Origin: Rhizodiscina lignyota | Lineage: Eukaryota | Assembly (NCBI GenBank): GCA_010015805.1 | Contig: ML978123.1 | Span: forward strand, 1,116,001 to 1,180,000 | DNA length: 64,000 nucleotides | Reading direction: 5' to 3' | Shown here: piece by piece, positions 46,933-58,854 of the stretch | Layout of the letters: each line of letters starts with the position of its first letter | Position numbering within the stretch: the first letter of the stretch is position 1 | Notes under the pieces: model-generated | Databases searched by the model: none | What the model was told of the DNA's origin: nothing | What the model saw: the letters and a program-made list of their open reading frames with translations, nothing else | Program-made: the position numbers and the translations under genes

Positions 46933-48250
46933 GGCTGATTGAGAAGGCAGATTATGACTTTGAGGACAGGCCCGACGGAATCATCACAACAGTAGGAAAC
47001 CAGTAATATATATATTCCGGAATCCAAACAGGAAATACTGATAATGATGGACTCCTGCGGCACCAGTTCATACCTGCCTCAAATGCTATCACTGACGTCT
47101 GCAAACTCGGCATTTCCGCCATGGATTCCAAAAAATAATAATAAATTTTGCAAATTCTGATCTCGCAGCGGCAAGACTCCGCTGCAGATGATCGTGATAT
47201 TGTGCGAATCCTGGGGGAAGCGCTCCATACGGGCCCATCCCCGAGCGAGAATGGTACATTTTGCCGAAGCTCCAATATTCGTCCCAGGAAGCTCGCAAGC
47301 GGGAATGATTTGACTGCGAACGTGCTGGTGGTGACCTTGATAAACGATGCAAGAGGCATGTTGCAGATCGCGTTGAGCGACTTGTGGATGGCGTGATCGC
47401 GTATCCGCCTCACGTGCTCGGGCTTTGTATGTATTCCATACCAGCTATTCTCAAAAATTTGCAGCTAAAGGAGACTGTTCGTTAGATATTCTTGCCTTTG
47501 TTGCACTGATAATAACTTCCAACCGCAGAGCTTAGAGCTGGTCATTAACGATAGCCTAAGACCTCAAACATCGCCCCAACAATTGAATTACTGAACTGGC
47601 CCGACCCATGCGCTGAGCATCTTCAGCGAATGGCTTCGGTCCAGCCTGCTCATTGGGATCTTCCCTGATGCTGTCATCCATTTACTAGCTCCATGAGCCG
47701 TGGGTATGTCGTAGCGCCTAATGCAGGAGAGCCGAAGGGCCTTTGGCATTGTCCCATTTTCATCTAGGCAATGGCGTGCTCGCCTATGCCGCCTACATTT
47801 TGTTTGTGGCATCCAATTGACTCTCAAAAGAATGTAGTTAATTGCGGAGTTGCTGTGATGGTGTACGTCTACATGAAGCCACCAGCGACTCTATTTTCCA
47901 TCAGCAAGATAAGATCGGAAGCAGCGTTGAGTGGTGGATGAAGCTGGGCTGGCAGCAACACCATGTGAATGGCCCGATTTGGGAACCGTCTAGAGCACGC
48001 AAAACTATCCCTGTACACTCGCCATCGTTGAAGGTTATGATGCGACAAGGGCTTCGAGCTTCCAGATGTTGAAAAAGCAAGGTGCCGAAGCCGGAGATCG
48101 AGGATCGAACGGAAAACGGATAGAATAGTCGATACGTTCAAGTATAATATTGCCAAAACGGACGACCTAATATTCCATTCAGAATCTTTTACTTCAGTCC
48201 TTACTGTGCTCTCGACTCGTGACGATTGCTACGAAAACTGTAACATTAAC

Positions 48251-49628
48251 ATGGCACCATCTTCGGAGACCATCACCGAGACCAAGGCGGCGCAGAGAAT
48301 TCCTGTGAAAGGTGTTTCCGATTATAAAGAGGCATTCAACGCTGGCCCTACGAATTATAAGCCGGAGAATGAACTGAAAGGAACCGCCGCTCAGCCTCCG
48401 GCGAGGTATCCCAACTACTTGCCAACATGGGATACGGAGAAGAAGTACGCTCCGCTTGAGTCATTCCAACATTATGATCATGGCAAAGATGCCAATCCAT
48501 CTTTCCCAAATCTTCTTAAAGGGGGAGAAGTCATCGATTTGACTGCCAATATCGGAGCTGAGGTTTCGGGTGTGCAGCTCAGCAAGCTCGATGCGAAAGG
48601 CAAGGACGAGCTGGCGTTGTTTGTGGCGCAGAAGAAGGTGGTTGGTACGTGAACAAGACAAGACGTTCAAGTCTTCCATGTAGAACGCAGCAGCTGATCT
48701 CATCTCCTTCAGCATTCCGAGACCAAGACTTTGCAGACTTGCCAATCCAAGAAGCGCTTGATATCGGCGGCTACTTTGGACGGCACCACATCCACCCTAC
48801 GAGTGGTGGCCCTGCAGGTTATCCACAGGTCCATCTTGTGCACCGTGGTGCCGATAATACGACATCGAGGGATTTCTTCGAGGATCGGACGAACTCCGTA
48901 ACATGGCATTCCGACGTGACGTACGAGCAACAGCCTCCGGGGACCACTTTCCTGTATATCCTGGATGGCCCCAGTGCAGGCGGCGATACTTTGTTCGCAA
49001 ATCAGGTCGAAGCATATAAAAGACTGTCGCCGGAGTTCCAGAAGAGGCTCCATGGCCTGCAGGCGATCCACTCCGCTCATGAACAGGCTCAAAACAGCCG
49101 GAATCGTGGTGGCATTGTCCGCCGCGAGCCTATCACATGCATTCACCCGCTTGTGCGAACTCACCCGGTAAGAATGGAGACGAAGAATGTCCTCCACAGA
49201 AGCTGACTCCCTCAGGTAACCGGCGAAAAGGCATTGTTTTTGAATCCTCAGTGTAAGTACATTCATGTTCGTGGACTTTAGATAATGGACTGATAAGCCC
49301 CAGTCACCCGGAAGATTGTTGGCTTCAAGCAGGAGGAAAGCGAGTATCTGTTGAAGTTCCTCTTCGACCACATTGCGAAGGGCCAAGATTTCCAGGCGAG
49401 AGTGAAGTGGGCACCGGGAACTGTTGTCGTCTGGGACGTGAGTTCTCCCCTGCTAATACACCTAACTGATATTTCAAAGCTGACCAAAATCGATAGAACC
49501 GCGTTACCGCACACTCTGCTTTGTTGGACTGGCACGACGGCCAGAGGCGTCACCTTGCCAGAATCACGCCCCAGGCAGAGCGGCCATTTGAGACCCCATT
49601 TGAGACGACCCAGGTCATCGAGAAGTGA
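48251..49628 (+). CDS. Alpha-ketoglutarate-dependent sulfonate/taurine dioxygenase (TauD/Jlp1 family), 4 introns
   Basis: IGAEVSGVQL, WHSDVTYE (HxD), GGDTLF, HPLVRTHPVTG and VVVWDNRVTAH (distal His). Confidence 0.95.
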
Positions 49629-50065
49629 ATTGAGTAGACTAGAATGACTTGAAAAGAAGTAGCAATGAGATATTGAAGAACGTTAGAATATGCCCAGCTT
49701 TGATCTTCGAATTTGCGTGAACCAAATTTCTTCTAAAAAAAAATGATGTAACAAGTGCCGTCAGAATAGAGGTCAGAGGACCAGCGAACGTACATCCATA
49801 ATGCTAGAACCCTGACGTATAAGTAGAAATTGCAGACGGCCATTAACTTCTGGATTGCGGGACATTGCTCATGTTCCACGAAGACTGCAGGAGAAAAGTC
49901 TCAACATCACCGTGCATCATGCTGGGGGACTCATCGCACGGATAAACTTCGGTTTAGTGACGGCAGCTCCGGCATGCCAAGACGTATTTGGAGCAGCTTC
50001 AAGTCATCGACCTATGGAGCTTTGAAGCTCGTTCAGATTTGTCTTTCAGTTCCTGCCATGTAGAT

Positions 50066-51358
50066 ATGTCCGCCAAAAAAATAGAACAATGGGAGGTGGA
50101 ACGGTACTGGGAGATCTTCTCCTCCCTGTCGAACGGCGGCTCGCATCTTACCGGCGCGCAGGCAGCGAGCGTTCTTAAGAACAGCCAGCTCCGGGACGAG
50201 CAGCTCGAGAAGGTTTGGGACTTGGCCGATGTCGACAACGATGGGAGCTTGGATTTCGAGGAGTTCTGTGTTGCGATGAGGCTAATTTTCGACCTAGTGA
50301 ATGGAGTATGGCATCACCTCCAAGAAGCGATCAAGCCCAACGCGCGTCACCGAATATAGCTGACATTATTTATTCCTTAGGAATATGCCGACGTACCTGC
50401 AAATCTGCCAGACTGGCTTGTTCCCGAGTCTAAAGCCCACCTTGTCCAAGCCAACCGTGCGTTGACAGGAAGACAAGCGACCTTCGAACGACCACAAGAC
50501 GATGACGATGATGATGCGCATGGCTTGAAGGATGGCTTCGACTGGTACATGTCTCCTGCCGACAAATCGAAGTACGAAGAAATCTACACAGCGAACCGCG
50601 ACGGCCGCGGTGAAGTCACATTCCACTCCTTAGAACCGCTCTTCTCCAGCTTAGACAATGTGCCAGATACCGATGTGAGATCAGCATGGAATCTAGTCAA
50701 TTCAAACGGGAGCGAGAGTCTTGGAAAAGATGCCACTCTTGCTTTCCTCCACATCTTGAATAACCGGAGCGAGGGCTTCCGAATACCACGGAACGTTCCG
50801 GCTAGCTTAAGAGCGACGTTTGAGCGAGGCAACATACAATACAATGTTGAGCGCGTTCAGTCACCAGCGCAACGGTGGGGCGCTCGTGGCGACGATGAAA
50901 CTCTTACTGGAAAGAAGGCGAAGTTTGGAGACACATACCTTTCCCGCTTAGGAGTAGGAGACAAGGCGAAGTACGGGATAAAAGGCACAGATTTCAGCAG
51001 TGTCAGTACAACAGAAGATTGGGAAGAGGTACGGCTGAAGAAGCAGCTCAAAGAACTTGAAGACAAAATCGAGAGGGTGGAGGCGGCAGCAAGCAAGAAG
51101 CATGGGGGCAAGCGAGACACGAAGCCAGCATTAGTCAAGAGGGAGTTGGAGCAGCTGCTGGAGTATAAGAGAAAAGAGCTTAAGGACCTCGAAACGGGTG
51201 AAGGAAAGGGCAAGGGCGGCCAGGGTCTGAGAGGCGTTAAGGAGGACATAGATACTATCAAGGAGCAAGTGGAGGGCCTGGAGCAGCATTTGAGGAGAAG
51301 GGAAGAGGCATTAGCTGATCTGAGAAGACAAATTGAGGCAGAGAAGGCGAGCAGGTAG
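50066..51358 (+). CDS. END3: Actin cytoskeleton-regulatory complex protein End3 (two EH domains plus C-terminal coiled coil), 1 intron
   Basis: [56 protein letters not shown] and [11 protein letters not shown]. Confidence 0.95.
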
Positions 51359-51630
51359 CATCAAGTGTACGAAGGTCCGTCTCCACCATTCTGAGCGTTC
51401 ACTTAGCGAGTTGCGTTGTGCCATATTGCCTTTCATTATCGTTCAAATCTGTTCTTGGATAGACATAAAGAGCGATTTCGGCAGCCCAAGGCTTCTAAGT
51501 CACTATGCTCCTTCCTGGAATAAGACGCCAAGCCTCATCATTTCAAAATTTACTACTACCTCATGTTATCCTTTCGGTCCTTTTCATTCTCAAACGCAAA
51601 TTCACGGAATCAGCCCAGATTGCATTTCCA

Positions 51631-53152
51631 ATGAGAAGAATGATGGAGTCTTTTGTGCTTGGTTTGTTCCTCTTCGCATCACTGTGCTCCCGATGTCTCA
51701 GTCTCGACGTCTCCCTTCCGCCAGGGGTCCATTTCACCATCAGGCGGCGTGGAGGCGCCTTTTCAATTCCTCTCCACCCAGGGGAGGTAGCAAACATGAC
51801 ATTTCTCTCGCAGCAGCTTGACATTGCTGAAGGGAGGTTCAACCACACGACTCGAAAGTTTAGCGGAAATACTGTTGTCAGAATTGCCAAGGATAGGAGG
51901 CTTTGGGAAGAGGATCATGGAAAGCTACTTGGACGAGTGGGCAAAGAAGGCTCCTGGCGAGTGACACGGCTAAAAGGGTCGCATTGTCGAATCCGTGGTG
52001 CTAATTGAACTAAAAGGTATGCTCTGCTACAGCTCGGAGATCCTCCGCAGGACATTGAAATGGACCTCGACATGTTGACATCTGACTTCTTCGTGTCGTG
52101 GACTTCCTCCGGAAGAGGAAGCAGATTCGATGATATCTTCTCGAAGACATACGGTATGTCTACTGCTGTGTAAAGAGAACGAGAGCTCACGCGACGCAAC
52201 AGAGAAGTCATCACAACGACTATTCCCTTCATGTACTCGACCGCGCGAAATCGTGACGATTCCTCTCTCCAACAACACTATTCCAATCGCTTTCCCCTAC
52301 TGTCGTCCCTCTAAACAAGTACTTGACACCCTTTTGCCCTCTGGAAGTATGCTGGGCCTTGCACCTGCCTCTTCACTTTCGCAGATAAATGCTCCAGGCC
52401 TCATACAGCAACTTCGAGATGCACACATCATCGAAAGCGATATGTGGAGTATCATGTTGCTGAACGGACAAGAAGGTGTCTTGACTCTGGGCGGAACCGT
52501 TGCCGAGGTGGTCAAAGGTGCGATGGACGAGATTGATCATGCTCTAGATAACATGGGCCGGTATGAGAAGCACATTGAGCAAGAGAGGAAGAAGAAGCAG
52601 GATGAAGAAAACGGCGGCAAACAGAAGCGAGGATTGTTAGTTCAGGAGGAAGGAGGAGGAAGCAGAGATTGGAAGGATATGTGGAAATGGACACCTGTGG
52701 AGGGCGCGGACGGATGGTGGCAGGTCCTGCTTGCTGGCGTTTGGGTCGACGGCGTAAAGGTTCTAAAGAACCATCCGATGATTATCGATTTGACCACTCC
52801 GTTCATCCTTGCTCCTCCATCTGCCGTTCGGACATTCTACTCGTCAATACCCGGCTCTCGTCGACTTCCATCACCCCATAACGCCTTTTTCGCCTATCCA
52901 TGTCTGAATCCGCCACCGCTGGCGTTTGAGTTTGCGGGCGCCAACTTTCCGGTCTTGAAGGGACCACAAGACCTCAAGGACCGTCCGTGGCCGTATGTGG
53001 GTGGGAAGCTGAGCCTCGGTCGGATCGCTCGAGGCAGCGGGTTCTGTGTTGGAGCTGTGGTTGAGAATGATAGATGGGTTCTGGGTGAGCTGGGATTTCG
53101 CGGCTTGGGAATGGTTTTTGAGGGTAAGCGCGTTGGCTTCAGAGCATACTGA
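51631..53152 (+). CDS. Secreted pepsin-like (A1) aspartic protease homologue with degenerate catalytic motifs; 2 introns, the first probably GC-AG
   Basis: Signal peptide, WYALLQLGDPPQDIEMDLDMLTSDF, GVLTLGG, GWWQV, MIIDLTTPFILAP, C-terminal CVGAV and WVLG. Confidence 0.8.
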
Positions 53153-53426
53153 ACAAATTATTGAGTCATTGTGCTGAAGCATAATCGTCAAATCATTTCA
53201 TTTATGTTACTACACGGTCTGTAGAGGCTCCAACCCCTGTGCCACGAATGAGAGATTACACATACTGGCTCCGCCATAGTCTCGGTTCGTTCTCTGAGCT
53301 TATCGGTATGACATTTTCCGCTCCCACTAACAAGCGGAAACAACAATGACCATGGACACGAAATCATTGCAACCTAAACAAGGCCTCGCAAACTGCAGAA
53401 CACTTCAGGTATGACTTACATGGCAT

Positions 53427-54983
53427 TCAAACTGCGTTGATGGGCTGAACTCTGCGGGCAATCATCGTCCCCAAAATCTTCCTAGTGTTACTAGTATCAT
53501 CGGCCGTTTTGACGACGTCTCCGTCCTCTTCGCTGTTGTCCATATCGTCCAGAAGGATCTCTATATGATGGCGAGCCATGTTGAGAAGGATATTGTCCTG
53601 AAGGGCTTCCGGGATCTCGACATTTGGAATGGTTCTCTTGGTGTCGGTGCCGTCAGTGCCAGCTTCTCCGTTGATCTCATTCTCTACTCCATTGGCCGCC
53701 TCCGACTTCTGTGGAACCGCAGGTTCCGGAACAACATTGCCACGTGCAACACTGAGCAAAGTCATGACGAAGAGCTCCTTTAGATATGCGAAGCTGAATC
53801 CCTCAGTGAGCTTCGCAATGATGGGACACGCCTCTTCGGGAAAGTCTACAAGCCTGCTCTTCGACACCTTCTTCCTCCAGTACTCGCAGTACAGAACCCG
53901 CTCTGACTCCGCTGGGAGCTTGAAGTGGTACTTGCGATCGAAGCGGCTAGGACGCTTTGAGATGGCAGGGTCGAGCTTCTCCAGATGATTGGTGGACCCA
54001 ATCATCAAAATGCCATCGTTTGATTCCAGGCCATCGACTTCGTTGAGGAAGTAGCTTCGCACCTTATCCGTCACCAGACTGTCCAGGTCTTCGAATATCA
54101 GCAGGCACGGAGACATTGATCGAGCGTGCTCGAAGATTTGTCGGATGGCGTACTGTGGTCCGTTGCAACCTTGCAAGCTCTTGACATACAGACTCGGTAC
54201 AGTGAGTTCGCGGGCGTACAACGAGCACATTAGTGCCTTGATCGAGATGGTCTTGCCATTCCCAGGCTGGCCGTGGAAGATGATGCCACGTTTCCATGGA
54301 ACCGCGAGTTGCTTGTAGAGATCCCTGTTATCGAAAAAGACCTCTACATCCTCGATGAGCTTGTCTTTCATTGTCGGATCGAGGATGACTTCATCCCAGG
54401 TACTGCCGCTGACACTTTTATATAGGTCCTTACTCTTTTGCCAAAAGCCATCGAAGACGTATATCTCTTCATGTAATTCATGCGTCCACTCTCCGCACGC
54501 GTTCATCAATGAGTCGACGTCAGAAGATTTGCCTGATTTGATTGTTTCTGCACCTGCTTGATAGCATATGTAGAAATTCATCACGAGTCCTCGGCCCTGG
54601 TCCATGTACTCGTGCTTGTAGATGGTGTAATCTTTCCCGTCCCAACGGTAGTCGTAGCAACCCCACTGTACAGAGTCTGTCAGCACGCCTGGCTCACGGT
54701 CGATTCTCTTGCCGGATGCTACGTATCGGCGGAAAGCATCATAATCGCCGTTCTGCGTTTTGAGAGTGGCCTCGGCGTTTCCCTCTCTGGCGTAGGCGAG
54801 CAGGTCGCAAAAGTGCTTTGACGTGCGGACGACGAGATGATCTGGATGAGCAGTTCGAAGTGATTCCATCAACACCAGCTCGGATGAGAGCCGTGGAGCG
54901 GTACAGTGTTCCTTCAGGTCTTCAAAGACCTGAATGCCAGGAGCCTGATGGACATTTTGGGAAGGAGGCTTGCCAGAATGCAT
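53427..54983 (-). CDS. Single-domain AAA+ ATPase (YjoB/BCS1-like type), intronless
   Basis: PWKRGIIFHGQPGNGKT (Walker A), LLIFEDLD (Walker B), FLNEVDG, STNH and RPSRFDR (second region of homology). Confidence 0.9.
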   Translation of the reverse strand: MHSGKPPSQNVHQAPGIQVFEDLKEHCTAPRLSSELVLMESLRTAHPDHLVVRTSKHFCDLLAYAREGNAEATLKTQNGDYDAFRRYVASGKRIDREPGVLTDSVQWGCYDYRWDGKDYTIYKHEYMDQGRGLVMNFYICYQAGAETIKSGKSSDVDSLMNACGEWTHELHEEIYVFDGFWQKSKDLYKSVSGSTWDEVILDPTMKDKLIEDVEVFFDNRDLYKQLAVPWKRGIIFHGQPGNGKTISIKALMCSLYARELTVPSLYVKSLQGCNGPQYAIRQIFEHARSMSPCLLIFEDLDSLVTDKVRSYFLNEVDGLESNDGILMIGSTNHLEKLDPAISKRPSRFDRKYHFKLPAESERVLYCEYWRKKVSKSRLVDFPEEACPIIAKLTEGFSFAYLKELFVMTLLSVARGNVVPEPAVPQKSEAANGVENEINGEAGTDGTDTKRTIPNVEIPEALQDNILLNMARHHIEILLDDMDNSEEDGDVVKTADDTSNTRKILGTMIARRVQPINAV

Positions 54984-56009
54984 GATGAATTTGATATCAA
55001 AATTTATTCTTTCATTCAACAATTTTTGCGATATGCGGATGGAGTAGTGAACTTGAGAGTGGAAAAGAGGAGCAACTTATACTCAACGGTCGTCTAGCTT
55101 TCTGCATGAGGCTGAAGCGCAGGCAACAGGCCGATCTCCAGGCACCTGCAGCTGTCTGGTGTCACATTTCACCATCCTTCACCGGTGAGGATCTAGAACC
55201 AAGAACAGGATCGACTGGAAGAAACCTTCGACATCACCTCTCATTGAATCACGTCTGTGGATTAATCGGCCTTTTCGTGACTCCGAGGTGAGGAGAGTCA
55301 AGATGAGACACAGAACAGGACAGGGTGGAATGGAGTATTTATAGTGTCGAATTTGACAGGGACTCAGGATCCTTGCAGAAACAAAGGCAGTTGTCCTTCC
55401 ATCCTAGAGGCGTGGTTGACGAGGCTTCTGGCAAGTCGAAGTTGTAAGTGCGGCACAGTTCAACGAGAGGAAAAACTTCTTCAACGTTCTCGAGCCTGGC
55501 CTGTGGTAACCGTAACAAATACGCGTGCAAGAGAGCCGTTATCTTGTCGAGCCGGATTGAATCGAGCACTGTCTTCGGAGTGGCGGGAACACTTGCACCG
55601 TGTACCGAAAGAGGCCTGAACCCCGAGTCTTCTCCATACCATGTGCCGTGCTGAACCGCATCGCAAAACATCACACCATGTTCCAAGTGCATCGCAGAGG
55701 ACGTCGAGGTCTTGCTTCTATACGACTGTCTCTCCAGCGACCACGCTCTTTATGTCTTGAACTTCATGTGGCAAGGTGGCTGACCTCTTACCCTTGCAGT
55801 TGAAGTTTCAAAGCATCAGCTTACGCCGGTCGCCGACCTGGTTGGTATTACACGATGTTGCCCTTAGGGCGGACCGCACGAATTTCTACGTACCATAAGA
55901 TGACAAAGACGACGTCTTATCGTGTCAATAACTGCGAGCGAGCGAGCCAGCTTGCGGCCGCAACAGAATAAGCGTGATTGCAACGAATTCCTTTCATTGA
56001 GGACCTTGG

Positions 56010-56016
56010 TATAAAA
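56010..56016 (+). promoter_or_regulatory. TATA box of the acyl-CoA ligase gene
   Basis: TATAAAA 164 bp upstream of ATG 56174. Confidence 0.5.
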
Positions 56017-56173
56017 GGTCGGAGCCGCTTAGCCTCGTCTCTTGTTGTCGGCCGATTGGGAAATTTGCGCTTGCGGCACAATCTCGGGTGGCCTCCTAAT
56101 GAAGGTCATGATATATTTTTTCTCAACTCAGTGACTTCGTTTCAGTAAATACTTGAACATATTTGTCTTCAAG

Positions 56174-58147
56174 ATGCCTTTCTTTGCTGAAGAGCATGTC
56201 CAAATACCCACCCAGGATATACTGTCCTGGATTTTCGATCGGCTCCCATATGACCCTGACAAGAAGGTAAACCTGATTTCAGCAAGCTTTTGTTAAATCC
56301 ATCTGCTTAGTATGGTTTTTCAGATTTACATCGATGCCTCAAAACCAGAGCGGAACATAACTGCTTCTCAAGCAAAAACTCTCATTCGCAAAGGCATCGC
56401 TGGCTTGCGCGCTGCCGGCTTAAAGCTAGGAGATACCGTGTGCATCCACTCATTCAACGACATCTACTATCCCATCCTTGTTCTCAGCATCATTGGCTGT
56501 GGCGGCAGATTCACAGGGGTAAGTGCATCTGTCCTGAGCCACGCATTCCTAGTCATTGACCAATCCGCAGACCAATCCTGCCTACACGAGTTACGAATTA
56601 AAGCATCATCTCGGAATTACAAAAGCCAAGTTCATCTTCTCGGAGTCGGACATCCTTCCGAATGTCCAGCAAGCAGCCACGCAGCTCGGTATCTCGCAGT
56701 CGAACATTTTCATCTTCAATCCCCGCGGGGAGCCTGTGACCAGCGGCTACCAGTCTTGGAATTCCTTGTTCAATCATGGCGAGCAAGACTGGATCCGATT
56801 CGACGACAAGCATACAGCTGAGCAAACTGTCGCCGCGCTGTTCACTACCAGTGGCACGACCGGACTACCCAAGGCGTGAGAGAGCTTGCATGTGCATACG
56901 ATAGTAACATACTAATAAATTTGTTTCAGTGCCTACCTTTCTCACTACAACCTCATTGCACAGCAAGTCATCCTTTCATTCAAGAATTTCAAGCCAGGCT
57001 AACTTGTTCTACTAAATACAGGCACACATTGGTCATAGAACATAACGCATTACCATATCAAGCCGCCGGTGAGGTTCGTAGGATTATCCCTTTGCCAATG
57101 TTTCATGCAGCAGTTGGACCAGCAGTACACACGTAAGCAACCTTAAACATCTATGTCTTTATTGTACTCACATCTATTTCAGATCGGCGTTGCGAGCAGG
57201 ACAGCAAAATTATATCATGCGAAGGTTTGATTTGGAGGGCTTCTTATCTGCGGTCGAAAAGTATCAGATCACGGACCTTGTCTGCGTCCCTCCAATTGTA
57301 ATTGCCGTGATCATGTCGCCGTTGCGGCACAAGTACAGTCTCAAGAGTGTCCGGTTCGCCGCCGTTGGGGCTGCCCCACTCGACAAAGGTCCGCAAGCGA
57401 AGTTCAGGGAGTTGCTACATCCCGACGTGCCATTTACACAGGTCTTGGGAATGACGGAGACGTCGTGTCTGCTCGCAAAATTTGACGGTAGAACTTTTGA
57501 CGACACTGGGAGTATCGGTCAGTTTGTCCCGGATCTGGATATCAAGCTTGTGGACGGCGAGGACCGTGATATCACGGCTTGGGGTGTCACCGGAGAGCTT
57601 TGCGTGAGAGGAGCGATTGTGGTGAAGGGCTACTTCGAGAATGAGGAAGGTACCAAGAAGTCGTGGGACAAAGATGGATTCTATCATTCTGGCGATATGG
57701 CATACGGAGACGGGAAGACGAAGAAATGGTACATTGTGGATCGGAAGAAGGTGGGTTCTTTACATTATACCGTTCAAGTTAATGAGTGCTTACGAGTATC
57801 AGGAGCTCATTAAGGTCCGCGGCTTTCAAGTTGCGCCGCCGGAACTTGAAGGTGTCCTGCTCGATCATCCTGGCATCTCGGACGCTGCAGTGATCGGCAT
57901 TGTACCACCCGGCGTTGAAGGGCAAGGATCGGAGTTGCCGCGAGCTTATGTTGTGCGCAAGAAAGGCACTGGTGACAAGCTCACGGAAGAGGAGGTCAAG
58001 GCGCACATTGCACAGCGACTGGCGAAGTACAAGTGGTTGGAAGGTGGCGTTTCATTCATCGATGCAGTCCCACGGACAGCTTCGGGCAAGATCCTGAAGA
58101 GATTTTTGAGAGATAGGGCAGCAAGAGAAACTGGATCTAAGTTATAG
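56174..58147 (+). CDS. Peroxisomal AMP-dependent acyl-CoA ligase (4-coumarate/phenylacetate-CoA ligase-like), 6 introns, PTS1 -SKL
   Basis: TTSGTTGLPK, LPMFH, GMTE, GELCVRG, DRKKELIKVRGFQVAPPELE and PRTASGKIL. Ends GSKL*. Confidence 0.95.
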
Positions 58148-58854
58148 TGTTCGACTTTGGAACACAGGAGATTTGTGAACAGACCAAGGCATCGCAGTTC
58201 CATATTTTGTCTCACTCCAGGCTCGTAGTGTTCAGCGTCTTATGTAAATCTAAGTCATTACAACTTTTGAGGTATTTGCGGAGTATACAAGCCAGTTCCT
58301 AACACTATTATACGCAATTGTCGCTCCCCGTTTGGTTCCCGGCAGGACGTCTCTCTTCTACGTGGGCCATTTCCACGAGTTTAAGATTGACAGATATATT
58401 ATCTTCAGCAACACAGTCACTACGTTCGCTTACCACCACGACTCGATGGTGACGACGTAGCTGGTCGTCAGTTGGAATGCCTAAGGTCGAATAGTTGTGG
58501 CAATCGAGAATCCTCCATCTTTAGAGCTTACAGAGTGTCTTGCCTTGATTTGGTTATCGCGAAGGTGGAGAAGACTACTTTGGCAGCAGAATTTAATGCG
58601 ACGAACTCATGACGTGCGATGGCATGTGCTTGGTGAAGTAAGGCAAAAGGTTGGGTGAGAAGGTGAAGTTGAAAGAATGAAAAAGGTCAACACTGCTTTA
58701 ATACCAAATTTTAGTGCATAGTAAGGGAGTAATTACTTAGCCAAGGTTCCGAATTCGAAGAAGTGGATCTACAGCGTGACTTCCACTGATGTGTTCACCG
58801 CAAATAGCTGAAGGTGGAACAATTAAGGTTTGTTAAACACTGCTTACTTCAACC

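Noticed and set aside
55339..55692. 117-aa minus-strand ORF with a faintly BTB-like patch (VEEVFPLVELCRTYNF)
   Set aside because: Too short and too weak to support; no gene structure.
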